Shown: positions 1 through 13,100 of the stretch, piece after piece
Position numbering within the stretch: position 1 is the first letter of the stretch
How the letters are laid out: the number at the start of each line of letters is the position of its first letter
Assembly: GCF_003918875.1 (NCBI RefSeq)
Contig: NW_025766447.1
Coordinates: forward strand, 2,418,001 to 2,482,000
Origin: Haliotis rubra
Taxonomy: Eukaryota
DNA length: 64,000 nt
Direction: 5' to 3'
Position numbers and translations under genes: made by a program
Notes under the pieces: generated by a model
Database searches by the model: none
The model's input: only the letters and a program-made list of their open reading frames with translations
What the model was told of the DNA's origin: nothing

Positions 1-3000
1 AATGTATTCAGGGAGCATACCTTTACAGAGTAAATAAGACCTTTTTCGTCGATTTAAGTTCTTTTTTGGGGCAATAACAAGGCGGGGATATACCAGAAAA
101 TGGCTTCACATATGTACATATATGAGGAATAAAACCCGGGATTCGGCGGCAGGAACGAGAGCTTTAACCATTACACTACCCATCACCTCAAACCAATATA
201 GAAATATATTCTTAGGAATGAACATACATCTTCACTAAAATCGTCAGTTATGTTTACTGTTGTAAACTGTCACGATAAGACTGTCAATGGAGAGCTCATC
301 TTTCTTAGGGATGGAAGGATAAGCATACAGATATACATGCTTATATACATATGTGACTATACTACGTTGGTGTGGTTCATTTCACTACTGTGGGCTACTT
401 TGACCAGGTCGTATACGTGTCAATAAACTGTACAAATGTACAAAATGTATGGAATGTTCAACAGAAAAAGCGGCATAATGTAAGTTGTTCTCAGTTCGTA
501 TCAGTTCACCTCTCGCAAGCTTTGCATATAAAAAGCCCACACCAATATACCACTTTCTTAATGACTCACAATTACCACGTACTATGTCGTTCTGTCGGCA
601 ACGTTTGACAAAGAGTAAATAATCAAGGACGCTTTCACCTGTTACAGTTTTGCAACATTGGTGAAATATCGTGCTGCGATTGTAACATACTTGTACTTGC
701 CTCCCCTTAGTCAACACTGCAACTTTATCTTTGATATTTTCTCTAAACCAAACGAACTCGATGACAAATGGATGTGTCTTGTGAAACTATGCATTCTGCA
801 ATGGGGTCCGTGTTGTTTTCTGGCCGTCGGTGTTGTCGGCAAAGTGTAAGTCGTGCCGTCTGCTGGATGTGTCGTCTGCCTCTCATCACACACACATGAG
901 GCCTGCTTTACTTAAACACAAAACACCGGCTTAGCGAAACTTGTCTTTGTTTATATATTCAATTATACAATCATTTTAACGTAATTTGTTGACCTCACAG
1001 AGGTGCACAAAAACTTGAACCAAGAGTCCATAAAAATATCAGTAATACTCAAGTTGGAAGCATGCCCATTTAAACTGAAACCAAACCTTATCTAGGCATG
1101 TCGTTGTGGAGATTAATAATGAGTCATTGTGCAGCCTGTCCGTGCTGGGGTCATTGCACCATTTATTACCGGTCACCTTGCAGCACGAGCTGACCTTATT
1201 GGTCACGTGGGCAGTGATTCTGCCTCTGGTTCGTGGTTCAAAGTCAAAGTTCAAAGTCAAAATAACGCGAGTTGCTTTGAATAGCAGTGGTATTCCAGAC
1301 CTACCATGACTGTAGACACAAAACTGGGTTTTACACGTGACACATATGAGTCGAAAATCGGATCTTAGGACGAGCTACTGCTTTGACCACTTGGCTACCG
1401 GTGATGCACACTAAGATGTCATGACAATGATACATTTGACTGGTTTATTTGACGAGAACTGACCGTTAGAAATATGGGTGTACTCCCTGAAGATCCTGCT
1501 TAGACATTATCTTAGGCAACTCATGCTTGTGGTTCCAAGCAAAGGTCTCGCTGACTTGTTTGATCCATTTCATCATATCCAAATTACGTGGATCGAAGGA
1601 TTCTCATAGGGCAAAGACCGAGATTGCCTGGCCCAACATCGAGTATTGACAGACCATACAGTCAAACCAGTCCATGACTAGGAATGCTCAACCAAGTAGG
1701 TATTGAGGTAAACTCACTTAGAAATGTTCAAAGTCTGCCAGAAACTCCTCGATCAGGAATACTCGAAGTTGGACTAGAATATACTGAAGGACCTAAAAAG
1801 TTAGACAAGCAAGGGTTGGTTAAATAGTCCTTTGGCGAAATGTTCAGGTACCGTATTGAGAAATGACACCGACAGCTAGACAGCAACTCAGTTCCTCACA
1901 CTGCTTCTTCTACATCACTCTGTGCATCTAGGATGAAGAAACCACGGATGTATTATCGCCACGGATGTATTATCGCTCACTCACCACTATGTTTACACCC
2001 ACATGTACATGTCGTTCTGCTCTTTGTTTCCTACGAGGGTGAGAGTAGCTGAACCCAAACAGCGTCCTCAAGCACTCGGAACAGGAAGCCATGAAACCCA
2101 TAGCTAAACGCTTCGTACTACAGTTGATTGTGTGAAATACTTTAACAGTTAGTGTAAGAGGCGATATAATCATAAATATCATGTTCGATGTTCAGTGATG
2201 GTATTTCCTCGAATATGCGATTAGCTTATAGACGATATTATATGAGTGCCCATGTCATACTATGTTTACGACACGAGTGCCTAATTGGTGGTATTTCCCG
2301 AGCGAGAGCGAGGGATAAACCGATATTTAGGCATGAGTGTTGTAAACATAGTATGATATGGACACGAATACAATATTCTGTTTATTACCGAAGTCGTCAA
2401 ATTGAAGAAAATAAACCCAAATCTACTTTCAAAGATAGGCTGGTTCGTGACGTCATAGCATTGTTCATGACGTCACGTCACCATGACAAAGTGATATTTT
2501 GCCGTAGGGCGTCGTATGAAAAATGTGAACCCCGATATTTTAGCCCTCGTAGGTAATACAATCATATATTCATAATCTTCGTTTACAGGGGTGAAAAAGT
2601 AGAACCCGACTCAAGACAGGCTGTGTGTAATATCACAATATCAGAACTGGTTCAGTGTTTGTAGTTTAACACCGCAGCCAGTCGATCTCAGCAGTTGGGA
2701 TACGATGACTGGTAATAATCAACATCAAGCCTGATCACCGTCAGCCGCCTCTTTTGACAAGCATTGGTTGCCCAAGACCAGTCCTCGCCCGTGTCTCAAC
2801 TGGTTCTATTAATCATACGCCAAAGCGCCATTCTGGAGTCAAAATGGCACCGATTTGAAACAACGAATCTGAAACTGTAACATGTTCACAACAACCTAAA
2901 AAGCGTTCTCTATTAGATACACGGAACTGTGCAAAGGTACTTCACGAACACACATAAAGTGCGCTTGTCTTCTGAAGCCGCCGGCAGCAGCTCTACTGCT

Positions 3001-3763
3001 GTCAAGCAACACGGAAGCGATCACGGACCGCGGAGACTAGTTGCTAGAACAATCACACTGGACTAACAGTAAACATGACAGGTAAATTAGTTCAGGCAGT
3101 TGCGGGTTGGTGCCGTAACATTTTTACAGGAAATAAACAATATTAAGAAGGAACTCCAATGTGATCGGGAAAGAACGTTGCAATAATTGAAATAGGGGAA
3201 TGGGAGGGGGAAATGAAGGAGGAGTAATGAAATATCAGGGAAGTTCCTTCCATGCTTCTCAATGTTTAGAGACGTTTTTGTGTGCATCACAACAACCTTT
3301 TTAGGCTGTTCTCGCGACCAAAATGGCATTCAACACTTAGTGCAACCTAAGGAAATGAGAAAGCTAAATCCGATTTTAAGATGTTTTTGCTTTTTTATTA
3401 TCCGGCAAGGACTTTGGCAGGGGCGAGCTCCAATATTAACTGATAAAAATATAGGTTAGATTTGGTTAGTAATGACCTGGATTTCGTTCGAATTAGCAAC
3501 AGGATATGTAAAGTTTTTGTTTGTGTTTTTTTAATATGTAAAAAAAAAACCAAAAGAAGAAATGTTTTTTCAACTCCCGTACCAAACTCCCTCAAATATT
3601 GGTTTGCATTAGGCAGTACAGCGTTCTCACGTGGATGGTAAATACATGTACAATGTATGAGATGGCACAAATGTGGTTCCAGGTTTAAGACAGGTGAGGA
3701 AATGGTAGTTTCTATTACTAATATAACAGTGAACACCTGCCAGCATTCGTGTAAAATGTTGGA

Positions 3764-4140
3764 GTGATTGAATGACTCTTATGGGTTTACGCCGATTTTA
3801 GCAATATTCCAGCAATATCACGACGGGGACACTAGGAATGGGCTTCACGCATATGGGGAATCGAACCCGGGTCTTCGGCGTGACGATCAAACGTCTTAAC
3901 CACAAGGCTACCCCACCGATCCCGTAAACTGCTGGAAGCGCTGTAACATTGCCGTATACTCTGAGTTTAGTTACAGCTGTAATGGCGTAACAAGGCCACC
4001 GTGAGTGAGTGAGTGAATAAGTTAGTGAATGAGTATGGTTTTACGCTGCGTTTAGCAATATTCCAGCAATATCACGGCAGGGTGCACCAGAAATGGGCTT
4101 CACACATTGTACCCATGTGGGGAATCGAAACCAGGTGTCA
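3764..4140 (-). mobile_element. Two adjacent family A SINE copies (about 3764-3921 and 4001-4140)
   Basis: Same AGCAATATTCCAGCAATATCACG...ATGGGCTTCAC...GGGGAATCGAA core as other copies. Confidence 0.8.
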
Positions 4141-4929
4141 AAATGACCATATGGAATCGCACATTAAACCTTGAAGTCCAATGGTTTGGGGGAAATGTTC
4201 CTCTGGGAAGTTTTTTTCGGGGGATAAGATGGGGGTGCATGCTGTAAATAACTGCTGTTTGTTGAAACGGGCCTGCCAAATAGTACTTGGGACTGAATGT
4301 TAAAAACTAGTGAGAACATTTGACGTTGAGACGCCCATTCAATGTCACCCCGGCAACGAACCCAGAACACTGCACGACTGGTACTGACAGCAAAAAGTTA
4401 TATTTAACCAAACATCTAGAAATGAGTATGTGTGCTTAGACGAATTGGGGATTTCCTGCTGTTTGTATATAAAAACATAAGCATCGTCCAAACGTGCTAA
4501 ACTCGTCCAGTTCAGGTATATATAGTTACACGTATACATATGCCATTACATCGTTGTTCCGGTATCTACACACTTTCTCACCGTGTTCACGTTTCTTAAA
4601 ATGACGAGGCCTGCTGTAGAATCACATTTATTTAAAGAAAATGAACTACAGCCTGCGACTTAATAGGATGTTCAGATGAACATACTTGAAAGAAGACCCT
4701 GACTTTAGGTGTTCATGCGTACGAAAGACCAATAGATTGCTCATGTACAATTCCATTTTACAGCAGCAAATATTTCGTTTTCAATACAATCTCTTTATTT
4801 CTCATACTGAGTGAGTGAGTATGGGTTTTATGCCGCTTTTACCAATATTCCAGCAATATCACGGCGGGGGTACACCAGAAATGGGCTTCACAATACTAAA
4901 TATGATCGTATCGTAGCCCTGTCAATTTA

Positions 4930-5800
4930 ACCAATATTTAGTTTGGGATGGTGTTTTGTTCACTGATGAGTCGAGATTTCATCTGGACAGCTCAGATGGT
5001 AGCACAAGGATTACAGGCGGCGAGGCGAACGGTATGTTCACGCGTGCGTTTGTTCAACGTCGACAGTTTGGTGGCGATAGCGTTATGGTATGGGGAGCCA
5101 TCACATCTCATTGTCGGACACAATCGATACAGGGATGAGATCAGTGGGCCTTATGTGCAGCGTTCAGTCAAGGACAAAGACGTAACATCACGCTTCAGCA
5201 AGATAATACCCGTCCACATGTCGCTCGTGTTGTGACTGATTCCTGAGACAGCAGAACACTCCGGTACTCCCCTGGCCAGCTGTATACCGGAACTGTCCCT
5301 TATCGAGCAGGCGTCGGATGAAATAGAGCAACGTTTACGTCAAGCCCTAGTCTGTCTCACAGTCCCTGAACCACAATATTTTCCCTGCTGCCAAGCCCTC
5401 TCTGCAGTGCTAAAGCCCTACATAAAGCAAGTCTAGATTTCCTCAGGTTCTGAATCTCTGGTCTCCCTGGAGCTCCTTTTCAATTTAAATGGGCTTGTTT
5501 GTTACTATCAAAATTATATATATTCAGAGACTAAGCATTGGTCTAGTCAAGCCCCTACATGGAACAACATTCCCCAAGCTTTCTTCAATAGCTTAGTGTC
5601 AGTCTATGAGTCGTAGTTGTCAAGCCGGCATCAACGCCAATGGTGGACACACACGATACTGAATTTGTGAACTGACACCACATCTCTTCAAGGGCGTGTC
5701 ACGATGCCTAGTGTCAAACCATACATATTTCGATATAACCCCGCCAACAGTTAAACAGTGATTATGGAAAACACCACAAATCATGTTATTATATTTTTGC
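4930..5800 (+). mobile_element. Degenerate Tc1-family transposase relic, interrupted by a short element
   Basis: Frameshifted pieces FTDESRFHL, FGGDSVMVWGAI, YRDEI, QQDNTRPH-like, LPWPA..PELSLIEQ and WNNIPQAF match a Tc1 DDE domain. Confidence 0.85.
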
Positions 5801-7639
5801 ATTATAAAATGGCATAAAATCAAATAATACTCAGTAACTTTATTCCAGTAATATATAAACACAAGAAAATGGGAGTCCATAACAATTGTCTAGTCTTGAC
5901 GTGAGCGGAACCCTTTTTTAATTTATCCTCTACGGTCTGGGAGACAGTCTTTTCTTCATGAGGACGGGGTGGCAGGCTCCGTAAATGCCCTGCATGGTGC
6001 CATGTCATCGTGCCCCAGAGATGTGGATTGTCGCAGGTGTTTTCCGACACTGAGTTGTGTGGTCCAGACTTAACACCGAAGCAGTTATATAGCTGGAATG
6101 TCTCCTAATGCCGCTTTAATCAACTCTCAGCTAGATGGAGAGTTGTAAGAATGCATCACAAGTGAAACGACAATGACATCACACTAATCCTGAAGTTCCC
6201 AAGTCTTTAAAGCCTGGCCTGGCTTGAACATCCCAATGTTTCCTTGAATACGAGGGGAGTTCAAAAAGTAGTCAGCCTCACCTAGAAAATGATACAAATG
6301 CAGCTGTTTTTATGTTATATATTATCTGTCAACCTCAAGCAAATTGGTTTTGCTATGTTCCAGCCTCACGGTCCCCATTTCGTTTGTCTTTTTACCTTGG
6401 TACACCCAAAAAACGCAAAATCTGCAATAACTTCAGGAAACAAAATATGCAAGAAACATTTTGTGTGTTTGAGATAGGCAGAAGTCCGTTGGAATCACTT
6501 AGATATTAAAGTGCAAAAAAAGCAATTTGAAACTACAATAGCTTGACTTTCAGATGACGTAATCATAAGGACATAACTACTTCTAATGTTTCCACTCTTT
6601 CATAAATGATGCTAAGGGTTCAAACTAAATACTGAATGGTCACACAAGTGTCAGCTCTCAATATAATGTAAACAGTGCTAGCTTGAATATCTGGACAAAA
6701 ATGTTTTTGAAAGATTAAAATGGGGTTGGGTGGTGGTGGGGGTGTCCTTAAAAACAGCCCCCGTCTTTAGAAATGTAAATCAAGCATAGATAGAACATAC
6801 AGAACAAGTATACATATATGGATGACATCTTTTTTTCTTCTAGAGCACGACGTTTCGATACAGGTTCTTGTATCGTTTTCAAGTATGAAAACAAGCAATC
6901 CAAATCTTTGACTGTTAACTATGACGGGAGGTCACCCAATACTATACTGAACATTTTATATATTATCCGAGGGCATACCATTATCCAAGATGTACCAAAT
7001 GACATATCGTTTTTCATTTTCTGCAACACTTCAAGAAACATAATACCCCAATGTGTTGTGATGACTAATATCTCGTTAACCACATTACCCACATGTGTGA
7101 AATTTTGGAGATGTCTTTGCTAATGATTCCCTCATAATAGAATGGAAGCTTTTCAAACATTGGACATCGAGAATATAGTTCGGCTGACTACTTTTCGAAC
7201 GCTCGTATGTATGTATGGCGTTGTTTGATATATCCAAGCATTACAGTTGCAAATGGATATAGTTGTAAAATATTCTGGGTATTTCTTCTAGAGTCACACA
7301 GAAAACCACACAAACCAAACATGTGAAGTGTGTGAGGTGATGTGGCTAGGTAGGGAAATTCATTTGCAAAATGTGTCGGAAAGATACTGATGGCTTTAAA
7401 TCGAGGGCATGCGGTGTGCTGCATGCATGTGTGGCTGCTTATACTGTAGTCCAGGCTGCCCTTGTACAAAGCAACCTAAGCCCTACAACAGTCGTAAGTC
7501 TGTTCAGGTATGGGAGCTACGATCAACTCCGAAAAGCGCCAAAATCGCTTTGTACAGGCATCCAGATTATTGCCCGTTTTATTATGCTACCCAACCGAAA
7601 AACCAAGCCAGTTTTAACATACTCACCCGACTCCGACAC

Positions 7640-8790
7640 AGTATAGGGACACCCATTCTACCACTGGGACACCGAGTATACCACAGGGACACTGAGTATA
7701 CCACAGGGACACCCAGTCTACCACAGGGACACCGAGTATACCACAGGGACACCGAGTATACCACATGGACACCCATTCTACCACAGGGACACCGAGTATA
7801 CCACAGGGACACCCATTCTACCACAGGGACACCGAGTATACCACAGGGAGACCCATTCTACCACTGGGACACGGAGTATACCACGGGGAGACCCATTCTA
7901 CCACAGGGACACCAAGTATACCACAAGGACACCCATTCTACCACTGAGACACCCATTCTACCACAGGGACACCCAGTATACCACAGGGAGACCCATTCTA
8001 CCACAGGGACACCGAGTATACCACGGGGACACCGAGTATATAACAGGGACACACAGTCTACCACAGGGACACCACAGGGAGACCCATTCTACCACAGGGA
8101 CACCCATTCTGTATACCACAAGGGGACACCCATTCTAGTCACTACCACAGGGACACCGAGTATACCACAAGGACACCCATTCTACCACAGGGACACCCAT
8201 TCTACCACAGGGACACCGAGCATACCACAACACCCATTATACCACAGGGAGACACCCATTCTACCACAGGGACACACAGGGACACCGATTCTACCACAGG
8301 GACACCGAGTATACCACAGGGACACCCGAGTATATCACAGGGACACACCACAGTCCCATTACCACACATTCTATCTACCACAGGGACACCAAAGTATACC
8401 ACAAGGGGACACCCAGTCTACCACGGGGACACCAGTCTGCCAGTCTGCCACAGGGACACCGAGTATACCAGGGACACACAGGGACACCCAGTCTGCCACA
8501 GGGCCACCCAGTCTACCACAGGGATACCGAGTATACCACAGGGACACCCATTCTACCACTGGGACACAGAGTATACCACAGGGACACCGAGTATATCACA
8601 GGGAGACCCATTCTACCACAGGGACACCGAGTATTTCACAGGGTCACCCAGTCTGCCACAGGGACACCCACTCTACCACAGGGACACCCAGTCTGCCACA
8701 GGGACACCCAGTCCGCCACAGGGACACCCAGTCTGCCACAGTGACACCCAGTCTACCACAGGGACACCCAGTCTACCACAGGGTCACTCA
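7640..8790. repeat. Minisatellite, 20-bp unit CCACAGGGACACC(GAGTATA/CATTCTA/CAGTCTA)
   Basis: Direct inspection; about 55 units with variant types and a disordered middle section. Confidence 0.95.
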
Positions 8791-9601
8791 ATCTACCAGT
8801 CATTGTTTTGTTCCATTAAAGGGGAGTGACAGACAGGGTGACGAGAACATCACTATTTTGAATGACCAACTGGGTATGGAAACACTGACCTTTCTCTCAG
8901 AAGCTATATCCAATTAACCACCGTCACAAATATATGACACACATTAACGTTATTAATGAGTCTTCACCATAATCAAATTTTCTTAGCTTAAAATAAGAGA
9001 ACATGGAAACTCACACATTACTATTCAGCTTTATTCCAAACTTTCACACACTCTCTCAATACACTACTACACAGATGAAGCATACCCCTGTGTGTACATC
9101 AAACAGGTACAACTGGGGTGAAGCTGAGGAAATACATGACCTACACAGACTTCCAGGATCAAGGAACATTGTCAGGTTCCAGCCATGTAGAACCTAATCA
9201 TCACTTCTCAGTCTGGAGCATCACTGTGTTAGTGCCAGCATTAGTGCTGAATGTTTGACTGGATACAGATTGTCTTCAAGCATGGAGGCAGGCAAGTCAT
9301 CAATACTCCATTATGTCATAAAACAACAGTTGACACATGAATATGAAAACATATTTTTCTTCACAGATACGTTTATGACATTTGACTTTCCCTTGTCAGT
9401 GTGTTTCCACATTACACAGCATTCCTGATGATTGATGTCCAGTTTTGTGCCAGGGCTTCACCAGAGAAGGTTTGACCATGACAGACAGCACTCCCAGACT
9501 CTCCACCACCTTGCTCCTACTCCACTCCCAGACACCACGCTGCCCTGCTCCTACTCCTCTCCCAGACGCTCCACCACCTTCTCCGCTCCCAGTTGCCTGT
9601 C

Positions 9602-10119
9602 TCACGCAGCAGTCTGCACAGAGGTGCCTTTGTCCTGCTTCTCCACACTGGTAGATGAACTGGTGTCTTCCTCTAACTCCTCCAGAGGTTCAAACTTAGG
9701 TACACGATATGTCTTTATCAGTGGCTCTCTAGGGGGCATCCAGTCTGGAATTATCTTGCCGTGAACTCTCCACTGTCCATACACGTTAGCGATGTGCTTC
9801 TCAAACACCACATACTCTAAACAGTCTTTGGGAATAGTCTCACTGCCGTACATCAGACGACCAAACCGGTCATAGATAGCAAGGATCTGCAACAAAGTTC
9901 AATTAACATTCAGAACAGTGATATCTGGTACATGACACACACCACTGAATGACACCCCGAACATATCGGCTGTACATCTCAGCACTAAATAAGCCCCATA
10001 AGATATGTGGTGCCAGACAGCACAGAACAAAAACCCCTGAATACATGATATATGTTACATTGCATACACACACACACACACACACACCAACAACTATATG
10101 GCAACACACCTGACCACAC

Positions 10120-10169
<50 letters not shown>

Positions 10170-13100
10170 CACACACACACACACACACACAAAACTATGC
10201 GAACTGACCTGTTTGGTATGCATCCTCACGGTCACCTGGGCATACAGGTTGTCCTTCCCCAACACCTCTGTAGTACGGACATGAGTCACACGGGGTGGCT
10301 CGATGGACTCCACAAATCCCCAGCGAAATGTCTTGTTCTCCAAACCAAACACCATCTCCTGCAGAAACAACCACATTGACAGGATAGTATCAGTAAAGTT
10401 CTACAATAACAAGAAGAGTGTTTCTTCATCTTTGAGAGGCATTTTAGAAGTTATAAAGATAAGGAAAACCAAGTTCTACGGATGGTCACATGCTTGATAA
10501 CGGTGTTAGTACCTACACCAAAACGTCGCACTCATTGCAATAAAGAAGTTGGCAATCCATAGAAATTGGTTTTCCTTCAAGAAGACTGTTGCATCATTCA
10601 CCTCAACTGCAATTAAACCATGCTAATACAGGTGAATCAAAGTCATCACATTTAACAGAACATTGGTACAGTGGAAAGTTACACATTCAAGTATCCACCG
10701 ATAAATGTCTGGAAAGCAGAAATTCAGGATTAATCTGGTGCGAACTCTGAGGTATTTCATGAACTGAAGCTACCTTGACTGAATGATGATGTTATTGAAA
10801 CATCTGAGTGTGCTTCATCAAAACAATCACGTGACAGTATCACGGTACGTGTAAAGAGGGCATTATTTGTTAAACACTCATTGAAGTTCCTGATACCAAA
10901 TTGAACTTTCATCAAACAGACATCAAAATAACATCGGGAGAGGTATGAAGGGAGATAACTGTTGGATGTACCAAGCTCTATGTTTCAAGTGTTTTATGGA
11001 AATCCTGTTTTTGTTTGTTTTGTTGGCAGCCAAACACAGCAATATTCCACTTATAACACAGCAATATTCCACTTATAACACAGTTGTCTGCAAAATATCA
11101 AACAAGACAAGTCAGACCAATGATGGACACTGTGAGCATAAATTAGATACCATGACGGGCAGTGAACCAAGTCATCAAGCATTAACAACAGATTCAGGGT
11201 TCTTCTTTTCAAATTCAAGTGAGTGAGTGAGTTTAGTTTTATGCTGCTTTTAGCAATATTTCAGGAATATCTTGTGAGGGGACACCAGAACTGGGCTTCA
11301 CACATTGTACCCATGTGGGGAATTGAACCCAGGTCTTCAAGCATGACGAGCCAATCCTTTAATCACTAGGCTACCCCACTCCCCCCAAATTCAAGTCTTT
11401 TCACAGATGAATTTATAGTACTTTTACAGTAGAGTATACTAGTGTTGGGAATTGGTTCAAATCTCATAATTGATGACTGGTTCATTACTACCGATCAATC
11501 ATCGAAAATAATTGGTTAGCGTTTATGAAATTTGTTAATGCACATAAAAATAAGGAAAAAAACATGAAGTTCTTTTAGGGTTTTTTTTGGCAAAATCTTT
11601 AAAGGATGGCTAGTATGTCTGGAACATAAATTTCTTGGAATCTTTAAGATAAATTCAATCATGACTTGAAACGAGATTGCAGTGCTTAGGAAATGTAACA
11701 GACAAAACCAACCATGTGAAAAATATTGTTAATGAAAACAAGTGTTCCAGAATTGTTTGTGTTTGATTATGAGAAATTATGATCGATTTCTTGGTCGTTT
11801 AGTCACTTCGACCAATCTTCGATTATTTCAATTAATCGGACCACCACTAGCGTATACAACACATAACATTATTTTTGAGACTCTGAGTTATTCAAAACAA
11901 TTTGGAAATAGCCATGTATTACAGTGTAGCAGACAGCAAACAAGCAAATTAAAGAACATTGAAAGCTACGGTTCAATCTGTGGATAATTGCGGTATGGAA
12001 GCCTTGGGGTTTAAGTGTTGGCTTGTCATGCCAAGGGGCCCGTTTCATTTACCACATGGGTACAATGTGTGAAGTTCATTTCTAATTTGCCCTGTATATA
12101 CATTCTGGAAAACTGCTGAAGGAAAAGTGGCTTAAAACAATACTCGCTTACTAGTCAGTGAATACAATGTTCTTGTAAAAGTTATTTGATAAAGGACAAC
12201 CATTACTAAAAAGCACATCAGTGTTGGTTAACTTCTTCAGAGCAGGATACATGACTAATACCTACCACATATCCTTTCTCAGAGACAAGTTCATGGAGTC
12301 GATTCTTGTTGCCTCGTACACTGAAGCAAATAGATGAGCATTACAAGATTGGTTGGTTGGTGTGCTGTCACACTCAGCAATATTCCAGCTATATGGCGGC
12401 GGTCTGTAAGTAATTGAGTCTGGACCAGATAATCCAGTGATCAACATCATGAGCATCATTCCACGCAATTGGGATACGATGACATGTGTAAACCAAGTCA
12501 GCAAGCCTGACCACCTGATCCCGTTAGTCGCCTCTTATGACAAGCATGGGATCTTCATGGGTCAGACATTATAAGAACAGCACAACCAGGATAAATGGCA
12601 ACTTGACTAAATATGACTCCCTGTGGGATGTTAAAACACATAGCGAATAATAGTCAACTAAAAGCATGATTTAAGAAAATGAGTTCTTTTTCTGTAAACT
12701 GGCACAACTGTCAACTACAACACTGGCTAAAATAATCGTCCTACTCCTCCAGACACTTCTGAGCCTCCATCAGAATGTCTTGGGCCTGCTGAGCAAAGTC
12801 CTTGGTATCAAAATCATCTTCGAACTGTCGCACTTTCCGGAGGGCCATAAACGACTTTCCTTTCTTCTCAAACTCTGTATACTTCTGTTTCACTCCCTGG
12901 CCAAAAGAAACAAACAATCCTCAAAAAATGGAAAACAAACAATCCTCTCCTTGTAACAGCATTCAAATAGGAAGTTAATGCTGATAATCATATAGAAATC
13001 TCAGAATTTCAACAAGTCTTCATCAATTGCTTTTATATTTTACCCATGAGACATTTGGAACAATATAACATTATGTCATGGAATAGTTGCATATTCTACA

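Noticed and set aside
1970-2182. Minus-strand ORF MGFMASCSECLRTLFGF... as a gene exon
   Set aside because: No recognisable homology and no partner exons in the window.
7409-8917. 502-aa ORF resembling a mucin or repeat protein
   Set aside because: It runs through a 20-bp minisatellite (unit not a multiple of 3) that lacks stops in several frames; no domain or splice support.
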